The translations under genes and the position numbers were made by a program. 54,641 bases of DNA, taken from a virus (Duplodnaviria > Caudoviricetes). Shown here piece by piece: positions 9,577 through 18,810 of this stretch (position 1 is the first letter of the stretch; every line of letters starts with the position of its first letter). The notes beneath the pieces were generated by a model. The model made no database searches, had not been told where the DNA came from, and saw nothing but the letters and a program-made list of their open reading frames with translations. The DNA lies in IMG/VR virus record IMGVR_UViG_3300048851_000182, positions 1 through 54,641 of that record; one strand, given 5' to 3'.

Positions 9577-9689
9577 TGTCATACCATCAGGAGCAATACC
9601 GAAAAAAGAATGACCAGAAAAACAAGCGCCAACGGCCAGAACGCAATCATGCTGACTCGCAGTGGCAGACAAGCGAACAAGATGGATAA
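8860..9689 (+). CDS. Tail assembly chaperone, -1 frameshift product (G-T type)
   Basis: A -1 slip at 9330-9336 enters the frame of ORF 9342..9689, which runs up to the tape measure start. Confidence 0.7.
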
Positions 9690-12600
9690 TTGAGGCAACC
9701 TCAAATATTCCTGACATTAATACTCAGTTGGAGCGGTTAATCAAGCTTCAACAAACACAAAACGAACTTACCCAGCAGAACACTACTTCGACTGCTCTGG
9801 CCATTCAACGGCAAAGAGAGCAGATCGAGCAGCTATCTGCCGCCCAAAGCAAGGCTAATACAACAACATCGCAGGGTGTAAAGCAGCAATCCGACATGAT
9901 GGGCGCGCTTCGAAAGGAGTACGACCTGATTTCTCGTCAACTCTCAGGGATTGTCAATCTCGCTGCCGGCGCATGGGCAGTCGGTCAGCTGAAAACTTAC
10001 GTCATGGAAGTGATAAATGCCAAATCCGCTCAGGATGGGTTTGTTGCTTCAATGGAAAAAATGCTTGGTTCCCGCTTAAAGGCGGAAGAGCTGAATGCGA
10101 AATTGATGGACATTGCTTCAAAATCTCCGTTTTCCATCACCCAAATTCAAGATGTAACCAAGCAATTGCAAGGTATGGGGGTTGAGACAAATAAGCTCAT
10201 ACCCTACATCAATGCACTTGGAGATATTGCTGCTATCGTTGGTACCGGCAAGCTGCCATTGATAGCAAAGGCCATGACCGATGTTCAAAACAAAGGTATT
10301 TTGATGGGTGGAGAGATTCGACAGTTTACCGAAAACGGTATTCCTCTGTTTGATCTTCTCGCGAAATCAATGGAAAAGCCACGTGAAGAAGTGGTTAAGC
10401 TTGCAAACGCTCACAAAATTAGCTTTGCAGAAGTTGAACAGGCCATTTTGCAATCGACGCAAAAAGGGGGCTTGTATTACGGTCAAATGTCCGCTCAGGC
10501 GGAGCAGTTGGGCGGTAAGGTTGCCAACCTAGGGGATAAATACACTTTGGCAAAAGCGAAAGTTGGGGATTTCTTCGAAAATGGTATTAAGAAGGGTATC
10601 GAATTTTTGGGCGATCTGATTGATGCAACTATCGGCAGCGCTTCGGCAATCGAACGTTTAACAAAGTATTTCAGTGCGGCATTAACCATGTGGGTTTCTT
10701 ACCGGGCCGCTGTACTTTCCACATCTGCTGCGCTCAAAGCAAATCAGGTTGCTACCCTGGAAGATCTCGCAGCAAAAGAAGCATCCACCCTTGCGACGGT
10801 GACAATGTCAACAGCAACGACTGGATTGAAAACATCATTATCCGGCCTATGGACCGTAATGAAAGCAAATCCTTGGGGTGCATTAATAACTGTTGTCACT
10901 GCTGCAATAGGTGTATATCAGCTTTGGGGTGCTGCATCCACCGAAGTAATAAGTGCGCTCGGCGAGGAAGAGATCAAGCTCAAAAATCAAAAGCAGTTAT
11001 TCAGTGATTCGGTACTATCGGTCATGGCCTTGAAAGAAGGCACCGATAAACGACGGATAGCGATGGAAAACCTGATCAGCAATTATCCCGAATATTTTAG
11101 AGGGATGTCTGCTGAACATACCAACAATGCTACGCTCAACGCAATGCTGATCAAGGTCAATCAGAGTTATGAGCAGCGTATTGGGCTGGCCCGTCAAGCT
11201 TATGTTGTAGGTGAATTGGAGAAGAAGAGAACAGAGTTCTTGCAAGAGGAATTCGAGTTAATGGAGCGCATTAAAAAGCGGTCACCTGAACTCTATGCGC
11301 AATTAGGAGGGGATATCAATAAGTTGATGTCTGAGATTAATAAAGGAGGAAGCGCTTTCCTACAAGATCTCGACAAAAAGGGCGGAGCGCTCCGTAACAT
11401 GTGGGATAACGCTATGAATGGAACAATCGTTAGTTCAGCTGCTAAAATCTCCAAAGGATTAAAGGACATCGATACCCAGATTCAAGCCGCGACCAAAAGT
11501 AGGGAGGTGATAACCCAGAAAGAACACTCTGCTGCTATTGCTGCTGAGAATCAGAGATGGGCTTCGGTTTCTGCTCAGATGAAAAAGGGCACTAAGGAAT
11601 ATGAGGCCGCGCAGGCAGAGCATGAGGAAAAAGTGCGGGAGATGTCTGGGAAAACTAAGGATCTGATATTCAAAGTCGAGGGCGAAAAGGCAGCAAAAAA
11701 GAAATCGACCTTGGAGCTTAGTCTGGAAAATGATGTCAAGGAATTGAAGTCAGTCCAGCAGACTTACGAAAATAAATTAAAGCTGGCAACCGCAGAAGAG
11801 GCGCTGGACATTGAGCGAGCGAACCGAATGATTAAGAACAAGCAAGCTTTGGAGGATCGCATTGATTCCATTCATACTCAGTACGCTTTGAAACGAGCCA
11901 AAATAATGGCTGAGGAGATCGACAAGCGTATCGATTACGATATGAAGGACTTAAAAGCTGCCGAGGATGCATCTAAAAAAGCTATTGCAATCAAAGAAAA
12001 GGAGGCCGGGGTTTTTGAGGATTTGTCCAATTACATTACGGGTTTGCAGCAAAAGCAAAACGATGAACGGATTAAGGATTATCACGAGGCGAGTAAAAAA
12101 ATGCTGGAAATCGCGCAGGACTTTTACAAAATCTCAGTGCAATACGGAGCGAGAGAGGCGGAGGATAACAAGAAAATTTGGGAGACCAAAGAAAACGCCG
12201 TTCTCCGGTACTGGCAGAAGATCCGCGAGACCGAATTAAAGGAGCTGAATGAGGCATATTTGAGGCAGGTCGCTCACAATGAGAAAATGTTGCAGCTATA
12301 CGGAGGTGACAGCTCAGAGTATACGGACGGTGTTTCCAACCTCATTGCAATTCGAGGCAAGATCAAACAGGTTGAAATGGAGTCCGCTGATTCAAGTAAG
12401 CGAATGGGCGAAAACTCCAAAGCGGCACTCGCGGCTGTTATTCAAGCCTTGTACGGGATTTTCGAGGCAGTAATGGAGCTTGTCATTGCTGGAAAGGAGC
12501 AGATCGTTGACGCTTACAGCGGTGCAATTGATGCAATGGACGGACTTGCGGATGCGAACCGCGCTGCAATGGACGATATTATCAGCGATACCACCTTGAC

Positions 12601-14365
12601 CTATGATGAGTTAGAGGTTAAGTTAACAGAGTCCATAAACCGGCAAAAGGAAATTCTAGCGAGCTCTCAGTCGTTCGCAGAATTGAGGAGACGGGCCCAA
12701 GAGGAATTGAGCCAAGTTCAATCGGATATGGAGTCGGTCAGCAAAGGCGTTGGTGCTGTTACCAGCTTCTTAAATGGAAACATTGGGGACACCTTCTCAA
12801 ACTTGGTAGGGATGGTGATTGAGTGGGGAACTCATACTAAGAGAATATTCTACGAAAGTCAGGCAGAGCACCATAAAATGCTATCCGACCGATGGCAGGA
12901 TACTATTGATTTGCTTAACGCTGAAATGGCGGCAGAGGAAGCTCTTTATCAAAAGAAAATCGAGCTTTGGGATAAGGAGCTTGAAGAATTCAGACGGGTA
13001 ACGAACGAGAAAACCGCTGCTTTTCAGGAATCCGCTAATTCTCAAAAAGAAATAGAGAAAAACCTGAATGAGGCAAAAAATACATACCTGCAAGAAAACG
13101 ACAACTATCGAAATCAGCTGCTTGTAGCTGGTCACGAACGCAGGGTTGCTGATTTGGAGCGTCAACGTGATATGCTACTTCACGAAGCTGCTTTGAAGGG
13201 AGCTACGGAAAAGGAAAAAGCAGATATCACCCTTGCATTTGCAAACCTGATTCAGCAAGAAGAGGAGAAATTTGCTTTTGCCAAAACTCAGCGAGAAATA
13301 TACGATTTGGAGCAATCCAAAAACCGTATGGTTCAGATGGCAACAGAGCGAGGCGCAACCGCTCAACAGATAGCCGAGATCGAACAGAAGTATGATCAGC
13401 AGATCTTTGAGCTGAAAACCAAATTAGGTAAAGATTCTCTGACCGAAAGCGAGAAAAACAAGCTTGCACAGGAAGAGTTAAAAGCTCAGGAGTCGGATAA
13501 TATCAAATCGATCGAGACGCTTCTAAATGAGGACATTAAGAAGCTGAAAGACGAATTAAAAGCAAAAGAGCAGGAAGTTTCAGACGCGAAACAGCAGGCT
13601 CAGAAAGATTATGCAGAATACGTTCGGAATGCCAATGCGCAGATTTTCGAAGCTGAAAAGCAGATGGCGATCCAACAGATCCGCGTAGAAATCGCATTGC
13701 TGAAAGCTAAAAAGAACTGGTTCAACGGAGGTAAAATTCGTGAGGCAATCGGAGATCTGGAAAACGCAATTAATGAAATCAGCGGGTACGGAAACCCCTA
13801 CGGGTACGTAACTCCCGATAAGCAGTACACCCCTGATAACCCGAGAGGCCAGCAAGATCCTGACGGAGACGGAGAAGGAAATGGCGGCGGCGGTGGTGGA
13901 GGTGGCGGCGGTGGAGATAGGCCTGACAGACCAGGTGATAGACCTAGGCCGCTCTTCCATGGAGTTCCCTGGCTGGATTTGGGAAGCAATCCCGATGGCA
14001 TTGACACTATCCCAATCAGAGCCCACAAGGGGGAAAGGATAGTACAAACCTATCTAAACCAATTCTTAGGTCCGGACACCTCAAATGAGCAGCTTGTCCA
14101 CGGATATCTGCAGTACGCCAACTTCATGGACCGGCTTCCCAGCACCCAGATACCAGAATCTATTCCAATGGTTTTACCTGACTTCTCATACGCAAGCCAG
14201 AATGTCATTTCAATGGATCGGCTTGAAACTGAAATTCGAGAAATGCGCAAGGTTTTCGAAAAGAAATCTCTGCTCAATGTCAACATCGACGGAAATGCTG
14301 TGAGCATCTCCGAACAATGGGAACAGCACAAAGTCAATTATTACGACACTATCTTCAAAAAGTAA
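9662..14365 (+). CDS. Tail tape measure protein
   Basis: 1567 aa, helical. N-terminal tape-measure domain (ASKSPFS..ALGDIAA..EIRQFTENGIP), ANPWGALI motif, C-terminal DTIPIRAHKGERIV. Confidence 0.93.
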   Translation: MADKRTRWIIEATSNIPDINTQLERLIKLQQTQNELTQQNTTSTALAIQRQREQIEQLSAAQSKANTTTSQGVKQQSDMMGALRKEYDLISRQLSGIVNLAAGAWAVGQLKTYVMEVINAKSAQDGFVASMEKMLGSRLKAEELNAKLMDIASKSPFSITQIQDVTKQLQGMGVETNKLIPYINALGDIAAIVGTGKLPLIAKAMTDVQNKGILMGGEIRQFTENGIPLFDLLAKSMEKPREEVVKLANAHKISFAEVEQAILQSTQKGGLYYGQMSAQAEQLGGKVANLGDKYTLAKAKVGDFFENGIKKGIEFLGDLIDATIGSASAIERLTKYFSAALTMWVSYRAAVLSTSAALKANQVATLEDLAAKEASTLATVTMSTATTGLKTSLSGLWTVMKANPWGALITVVTAAIGVYQLWGAASTEVISALGEEEIKLKNQKQLFSDSVLSVMALKEGTDKRRIAMENLISNYPEYFRGMSAEHTNNATLNAMLIKVNQSYEQRIGLARQAYVVGELEKKRTEFLQEEFELMERIKKRSPELYAQLGGDINKLMSEINKGGSAFLQDLDKKGGALRNMWDNAMNGTIVSSAAKISKGLKDIDTQIQAATKSREVITQKEHSAAIAAENQRWASVSAQMKKGTKEYEAAQAEHEEKVREMSGKTKDLIFKVEGEKAAKKKSTLELSLENDVKELKSVQQTYENKLKLATAEEALDIERANRMIKNKQALEDRIDSIHTQYALKRAKIMAEEIDKRIDYDMKDLKAAEDASKKAIAIKEKEAGVFEDLSNYITGLQQKQNDERIKDYHEASKKMLEIAQDFYKISVQYGAREAEDNKKIWETKENAVLRYWQKIRETELKELNEAYLRQVAHNEKMLQLYGGDSSEYTDGVSNLIAIRGKIKQVEMESADSSKRMGENSKAALAAVIQALYGIFEAVMELVIAGKEQIVDAYSGAIDAMDGLADANRAAMDDIISDTTLTYDELEVKLTESINRQKEILASSQSFAELRRRAQEELSQVQSDMESVSKGVGAVTSFLNGNIGDTFSNLVGMVIEWGTHTKRIFYESQAEHHKMLSDRWQDTIDLLNAEMAAEEALYQKKIELWDKELEEFRRVTNEKTAAFQESANSQKEIEKNLNEAKNTYLQENDNYRNQLLVAGHERRVADLERQRDMLLHEAALKGATEKEKADITLAFANLIQQEEEKFAFAKTQREIYDLEQSKNRMVQMATERGATAQQIAEIEQKYDQQIFELKTKLGKDSLTESEKNKLAQEELKAQESDNIKSIETLLNEDIKKLKDELKAKEQEVSDAKQQAQKDYAEYVRNANAQIFEAEKQMAIQQIRVEIALLKAKKNWFNGGKIREAIGDLENAINEISGYGNPYGYVTPDKQYTPDNPRGQQDPDGDGEGNGGGGGGGGGGGDRPDRPGDRPRPLFHGVPWLDLGSNPDGIDTIPIRAHKGERIVQTYLNQFLGPDTSNEQLVHGYLQYANFMDRLPSTQIPESIPMVLPDFSYASQNVISMDRLETEIREMRKVFEKKSLLNVNIDGNAVSISEQWEQHKVNYYDTIFKK

Positions 14366-14366
14366 T

Positions 14367-14621
14367 ATGCCGTCGATCTCAGCAAAAAAGTCATCAGGTA
14401 AGCCAGTAAAAAAGGAGCGAAAAGTCAAGACTGCTACACCCGTAGCCGTGTTCGATATTGATGAGCTCGACAAGATCATTACAGCATTTTCCATGCTGAT
14501 CAACAAGGAGAATGAAACGGCACAGACCCGGATCAATATCAATCACAATGCGCGCAAGCTGCAATCTGATTTGAAGAACTACCGTAGGCGAATGACTGAA
14601 TACTATAAACTAGCTGACTGA
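14367..14621 (+). CDS. Hypothetical protein
   Basis: Coupled ORF between the tape measure and tail tip genes. Confidence 0.6.
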   Translation: MPSISAKKSSGKPVKKERKVKTATPVAVFDIDELDKIITAFSMLINKENETAQTRININHNARKLQSDLKNYRRRMTEYYKLAD

Positions 14622-16432
14622 TGTTCTATTTAAACGGTACCCAGATCGACGAGCCGGCAGGATGGTCTGGCGTATATTGGACAAGGGTAAGGCATCCGGA
14701 TTACTTCGGTATTTGGCGCCATCGTACAGCGAAGGTGATGGGAGTCGGGGAGGTTGGATTTGATGGCGAGGCGCGGTACCTTCTACAATCCTTGCGTAAA
14801 AAGTACGGCGTGAACGCCGCGGCCTTGTTTGAAGTAAAGGATGGTGGAGAGGTTATATACAGTGCCGAGATTGACTTCGCTGTTTGGAATGACAATGGTC
14901 GGTACTTCAACGTCAGCTTCCGGGATGAAGATATAGAGCTCGACTCCCTTTCAGGTGTGCTCTTCTCCGTAGAGCCCAAAATTCAGATCGAGTTTCCGGA
15001 ACAACCTATCTCTGACGGTCTGGGATATACCGTATCATCGGACTTTATGAACCCATTCTATGCAGGTGCGCGGCATTCGATACCGCTTGCAACCAGTAAA
15101 AGTGGTGAAGGGAATGGGCTCAGTGTTGAAACTCCTGCGAATCAGGAGCCTATTTACCGCAATGGAACGAACAGGAAGTCGGTGTTGCAGCTACAAGGGA
15201 ATATCATTGGTATCTGGCAAGGAACCGGAAATGTTGAGCTGCGCGCCGAAGTGGTTCAGGAAGGTAATGTGATCGATTCTCGCTTAGTGTCCGTGTTCAA
15301 TGCTTCCGGTGGTCAGCAGCACGCACATGTCCTTGAAAACATCGAGATTCAGCCTGGCGCATACCTTCGGCTAATCGTCAGTTCTGGAAGCGGGCTCAAC
15401 GTTAGCTATTCCGCTGAAAGCTATTTGACCATTTACGAAAATGCAGAAACTAAGTCTGCACTGATATGGGGTGTGACCTGGAAGCAGGTTATCGAATCAT
15501 TGCTCGCAAATATGACAGGTGGAAAGGTGCGCCTTTCAAGTACATACTTGTCAAAAGGTGATGGTGCGTCGCGGACTTTGACCAGTGAGCGCAATATGCG
15601 CGGATACCGATCCAATCTCCTGGTATCATTCAAGGCTTTTTGGGACGATATGAACATGATCGACAACTTGGCGTGCTGGCGGCGCGGCAATACTTTACAT
15701 ATCGAAAAGAAGTCAGATATGATTGGCAAGGTCGGATTCAGCCGGATATACGACTTTGAGTCCCTTGTACATTATCCATCACCGTTTTATTCATCATCCT
15801 ACCAGGTCGGCTACAAGAATTGGCAATCCGGTACGTCAGCCGGTCGAGAAGAGTTTTGTACTGAACGCACTTACCTAACTGAGCAGCAGAAAGTCAAAGC
15901 GTCGCGTCCGCTGACAGTCAATACGCTGAGCGCTTCCGGTAAAACCATGGAAGCACTGAGGCGAAACCCCAACTCGGACAAGGCAGATACTGCTCAGGAC
16001 GAAAAGCTGTTTGTAATTGTCGCAGATAAAGCCGGCAGTACTTACGTATCCCGGACTGGTCATGTCGAGGGTGTAATCAGTCCAGCCAATGTTATCAATG
16101 CAGATATATCACCCAGACGAAACCTGCTGCGCTGGATCAACACGCTCGGCGTCAACGGGAGGGCAATGTTCACGGCCGGCACCGGGAATATATCGGCAGT
16201 ATGCTATAATGTCTCCGAAAGTGCTGGCGTGGATCCTTCCCAGATTCCGCAGATTTTCACCGACCGTTCATTATCCATTGAAACTGGCATGACCATGCGA
16301 CAATACTCGGAGCTGGGCGAAGTGATCGAATACCATGATCATGATGGAGAATTAAAGTCTGCCTTGATCATGGAAGACAGTTACAGATTCACAACGGGGA
16401 AAGTTCTCATAAAAGCAATCGAATTACAATGA
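14621..16432 (+). CDS. Putative tail tip / hub protein
   Basis: Beta-rich 603 aa ORF after the tape measure; N-terminal DEPAGW and late ISPRRNLLRW. Confidence 0.6.
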   Translation: MFYLNGTQIDEPAGWSGVYWTRVRHPDYFGIWRHRTAKVMGVGEVGFDGEARYLLQSLRKKYGVNAAALFEVKDGGEVIYSAEIDFAVWNDNGRYFNVSFRDEDIELDSLSGVLFSVEPKIQIEFPEQPISDGLGYTVSSDFMNPFYAGARHSIPLATSKSGEGNGLSVETPANQEPIYRNGTNRKSVLQLQGNIIGIWQGTGNVELRAEVVQEGNVIDSRLVSVFNASGGQQHAHVLENIEIQPGAYLRLIVSSGSGLNVSYSAESYLTIYENAETKSALIWGVTWKQVIESLLANMTGGKVRLSSTYLSKGDGASRTLTSERNMRGYRSNLLVSFKAFWDDMNMIDNLACWRRGNTLHIEKKSDMIGKVGFSRIYDFESLVHYPSPFYSSSYQVGYKNWQSGTSAGREEFCTERTYLTEQQKVKASRPLTVNTLSASGKTMEALRRNPNSDKADTAQDEKLFVIVADKAGSTYVSRTGHVEGVISPANVINADISPRRNLLRWINTLGVNGRAMFTAGTGNISAVCYNVSESAGVDPSQIPQIFTDRSLSIETGMTMRQYSELGEVIEYHDHDGELKSALIMEDSYRFTTGKVLIKAIELQ

Positions 16433-18810
16433 ATATCTATGAGCACGTAATCCGGTTTGCGAAATCGGATGGCAATGATAAAAGCTACTTTGCACCGAAA
16501 GAAAAGCTCGATGCACTCGAAGCACAAAAAGGAGATCTTTGGCGCTGGCTCGCTCCCAAGTCCATTACGCAAGGAATTGATGAGCGGAATCTTGCTGTGG
16601 TGCTGGTTAAGTCAGCTTATTCCCCTCAATGTGGCGATCCGGTCCAGGTCAATGCTGTTCGTTATAAGATCGGCAGGATCCGTCCGCAGGAATCTGAAAA
16701 GTACGTCGAGTTTGCGATCTGGGTTGGCGCGCTTCCATCGGCAGGGAACTGGAAACAGTTTGCTTTAACCAGGGCAAACGGGCAAAAGGTGATCGGCACC
16801 TTCAAGGGACAGCAGGACAACAAAGCCGCATACATGCAAGCCCTTAAAGAGTTTTACGAATCATTTCCATACACGAAGGTGCTTTGCGACGTAGATGGTT
16901 CGAAGATGCGGGTACGCATTTGGGAGAAAGATGGAGTCTTGAAACTTGCCGATGAAGGTTTAACTGTTGGGCTCGGACTTTCCACTGAAACTAATTTGAA
17001 CAGCCCATCAATTACCAGGATCCCGCAAGCTACCCATGTTTATCCTGCCCGCGACAGCTATCACCTGACGGTTGGTCCAAGTGTGCAGGAAGGGAACATA
17101 TATAAACTTGGAACTCGCACGCTGATTGCCGTTGCGGGGGATACGGCGGAATCGATCAAACAAAAGCTTCTAGGAGATGAAGAAAGATACATTGTTGCTA
17201 AGAACGCCGGCGTGAATGTCTCGACCGAAGTCGGGATTCGAAGTATCAGCAATACGAATAGGCTTGCAATTGAAGCCGTATTTGTGGAAACTGACGATGA
17301 GGATGATAATTTTTACATCAGGGTTTCAGGATCCTTGCAGCCTGGTAACATCGTGCAGGTTTCTGCCACGGGTAAGGTGACCAAAAGCTATACAGTACAG
17401 CAGGGAGATTCGACCGAAACTATTGAAAACTACTTTAATTCAGATACAGGTGGATTCTATACTGTTGCATCAGGCGTAATTCCGACCGCGAGTTACTTGC
17501 CAGGCAGCCAAAGAATTCAGAACTCGAACAGCCCAAATCTAACACTGACGAACCTTGAACCTATTGCGTCCTATACCGTAAAGCGCTGGCAAATAATTAT
17601 CGGACCGGATGTCAAGGCAGGTAATGTCTTCAATGTGCTTGACCAGGTGTATGTCGCACAGGACGGCGATAATGATCTAACTGTTGCCGCTGCGCTGGGT
17701 TATGATTCGATATCATTCACTGTCGAAACGGCTCCGACTGAAACGCCGACTGCATTCGCCACAAAAGGATACTTGCACAATGAAAATAATATTGCCGATG
17801 TCACCATTACGGAGGGTCCAAAGCTGGCCCGATCTTCACAGATAATTGTCGATGTTGAGTTTACATGTGACATCGAGCCAGGTACTTACCAGTTGGGCAT
17901 TGTAGACGAGCGAAGCGAAGAACCAGCCTTGATCGCGCTCGGAAATTTCATACGTCTAAAAAGCGAAGCAATTGGCGAGATAATCGAGGTTGCAGACTAT
18001 GGTGACGCTTTCGGGTTTGAATATTACGAAAACGGTTTAACACAACGTTTAAGGCTCCCCGTGTATGTCAATTCTCCAAAACAGCAAACTGAGGAAGAGC
18101 GGGTGGTGAAATTTATGGGCGGCTATCGAAGGACTACCACTAAGATTGAATATGTAAGCCGTCTTGTTACTACCGCTGCACATCTGCCACTGCACGTTAC
18201 GCTCGCCACATTCTTAAAACACGACCACCTGCGCGTTGGAGAAAAGGCTTATTACAATGCTGGCGAATACTCCGAAAATATGCTGATCAGTGGTAGTGAT
18301 CTACGTCAAGCCAGCTGCGATATCACCGAACTAAGTAAAGAGAAAAACAACTTTTCTCGGTATAGATCAAACTATTATCAATCAGGCATTTACGGGGGTT
18401 TTTGCAAAGTTATAGGTGAAGGGCTTAGAGGTAGGTTGCAGCTCTGGCTTCGCAGTTCTGAAATTGTAAGGGAAATAGAAGAATGGCAGCTTCTCAACAC
18501 TGCTTCTTACCAGCTGATAGCTGAAACATTTGACTACGTAAACCTTACCATTTATCATGCCGGATCTCATTATCTAACTGCATTTCTTCCGAAAGGTCAG
18601 CGGATCAGACTGTCCAATTACCTGAAACTGCAAACCGGTGAAAGCTGGATTATCCAGGTTGGTCTTTCCAGCGCCTGCTCTACTGCTCCGGAAATTACTT
18701 ATAAGTGCGAATCCTCTCAACAACACACATTAATTTATGACTGCGAAGCAATTGAAAAGCCAGCTTTCGGTGAGTTTTCAGATGATTTTAGTTCTGATAC
18801 TACTATCTAG
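16429..18810 (+). CDS. Putative tail tip protein with internal repeats and a C-terminal FSDDFSSD motif
   Basis: Three similar V/LxxGN..GD segments; ends FGEFSDDFSSDTTI. Confidence 0.6.
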   Translation: MNIYEHVIRFAKSDGNDKSYFAPKEKLDALEAQKGDLWRWLAPKSITQGIDERNLAVVLVKSAYSPQCGDPVQVNAVRYKIGRIRPQESEKYVEFAIWVGALPSAGNWKQFALTRANGQKVIGTFKGQQDNKAAYMQALKEFYESFPYTKVLCDVDGSKMRVRIWEKDGVLKLADEGLTVGLGLSTETNLNSPSITRIPQATHVYPARDSYHLTVGPSVQEGNIYKLGTRTLIAVAGDTAESIKQKLLGDEERYIVAKNAGVNVSTEVGIRSISNTNRLAIEAVFVETDDEDDNFYIRVSGSLQPGNIVQVSATGKVTKSYTVQQGDSTETIENYFNSDTGGFYTVASGVIPTASYLPGSQRIQNSNSPNLTLTNLEPIASYTVKRWQIIIGPDVKAGNVFNVLDQVYVAQDGDNDLTVAAALGYDSISFTVETAPTETPTAFATKGYLHNENNIADVTITEGPKLARSSQIIVDVEFTCDIEPGTYQLGIVDERSEEPALIALGNFIRLKSEAIGEIIEVADYGDAFGFEYYENGLTQRLRLPVYVNSPKQQTEEERVVKFMGGYRRTTTKIEYVSRLVTTAAHLPLHVTLATFLKHDHLRVGEKAYYNAGEYSENMLISGSDLRQASCDITELSKEKNNFSRYRSNYYQSGIYGGFCKVIGEGLRGRLQLWLRSSEIVREIEEWQLLNTASYQLIAETFDYVNLTIYHAGSHYLTAFLPKGQRIRLSNYLKLQTGESWIIQVGLSSACSTAPEITYKCESSQQHTLIYDCEAIEKPAFGEFSDDFSSDTTI

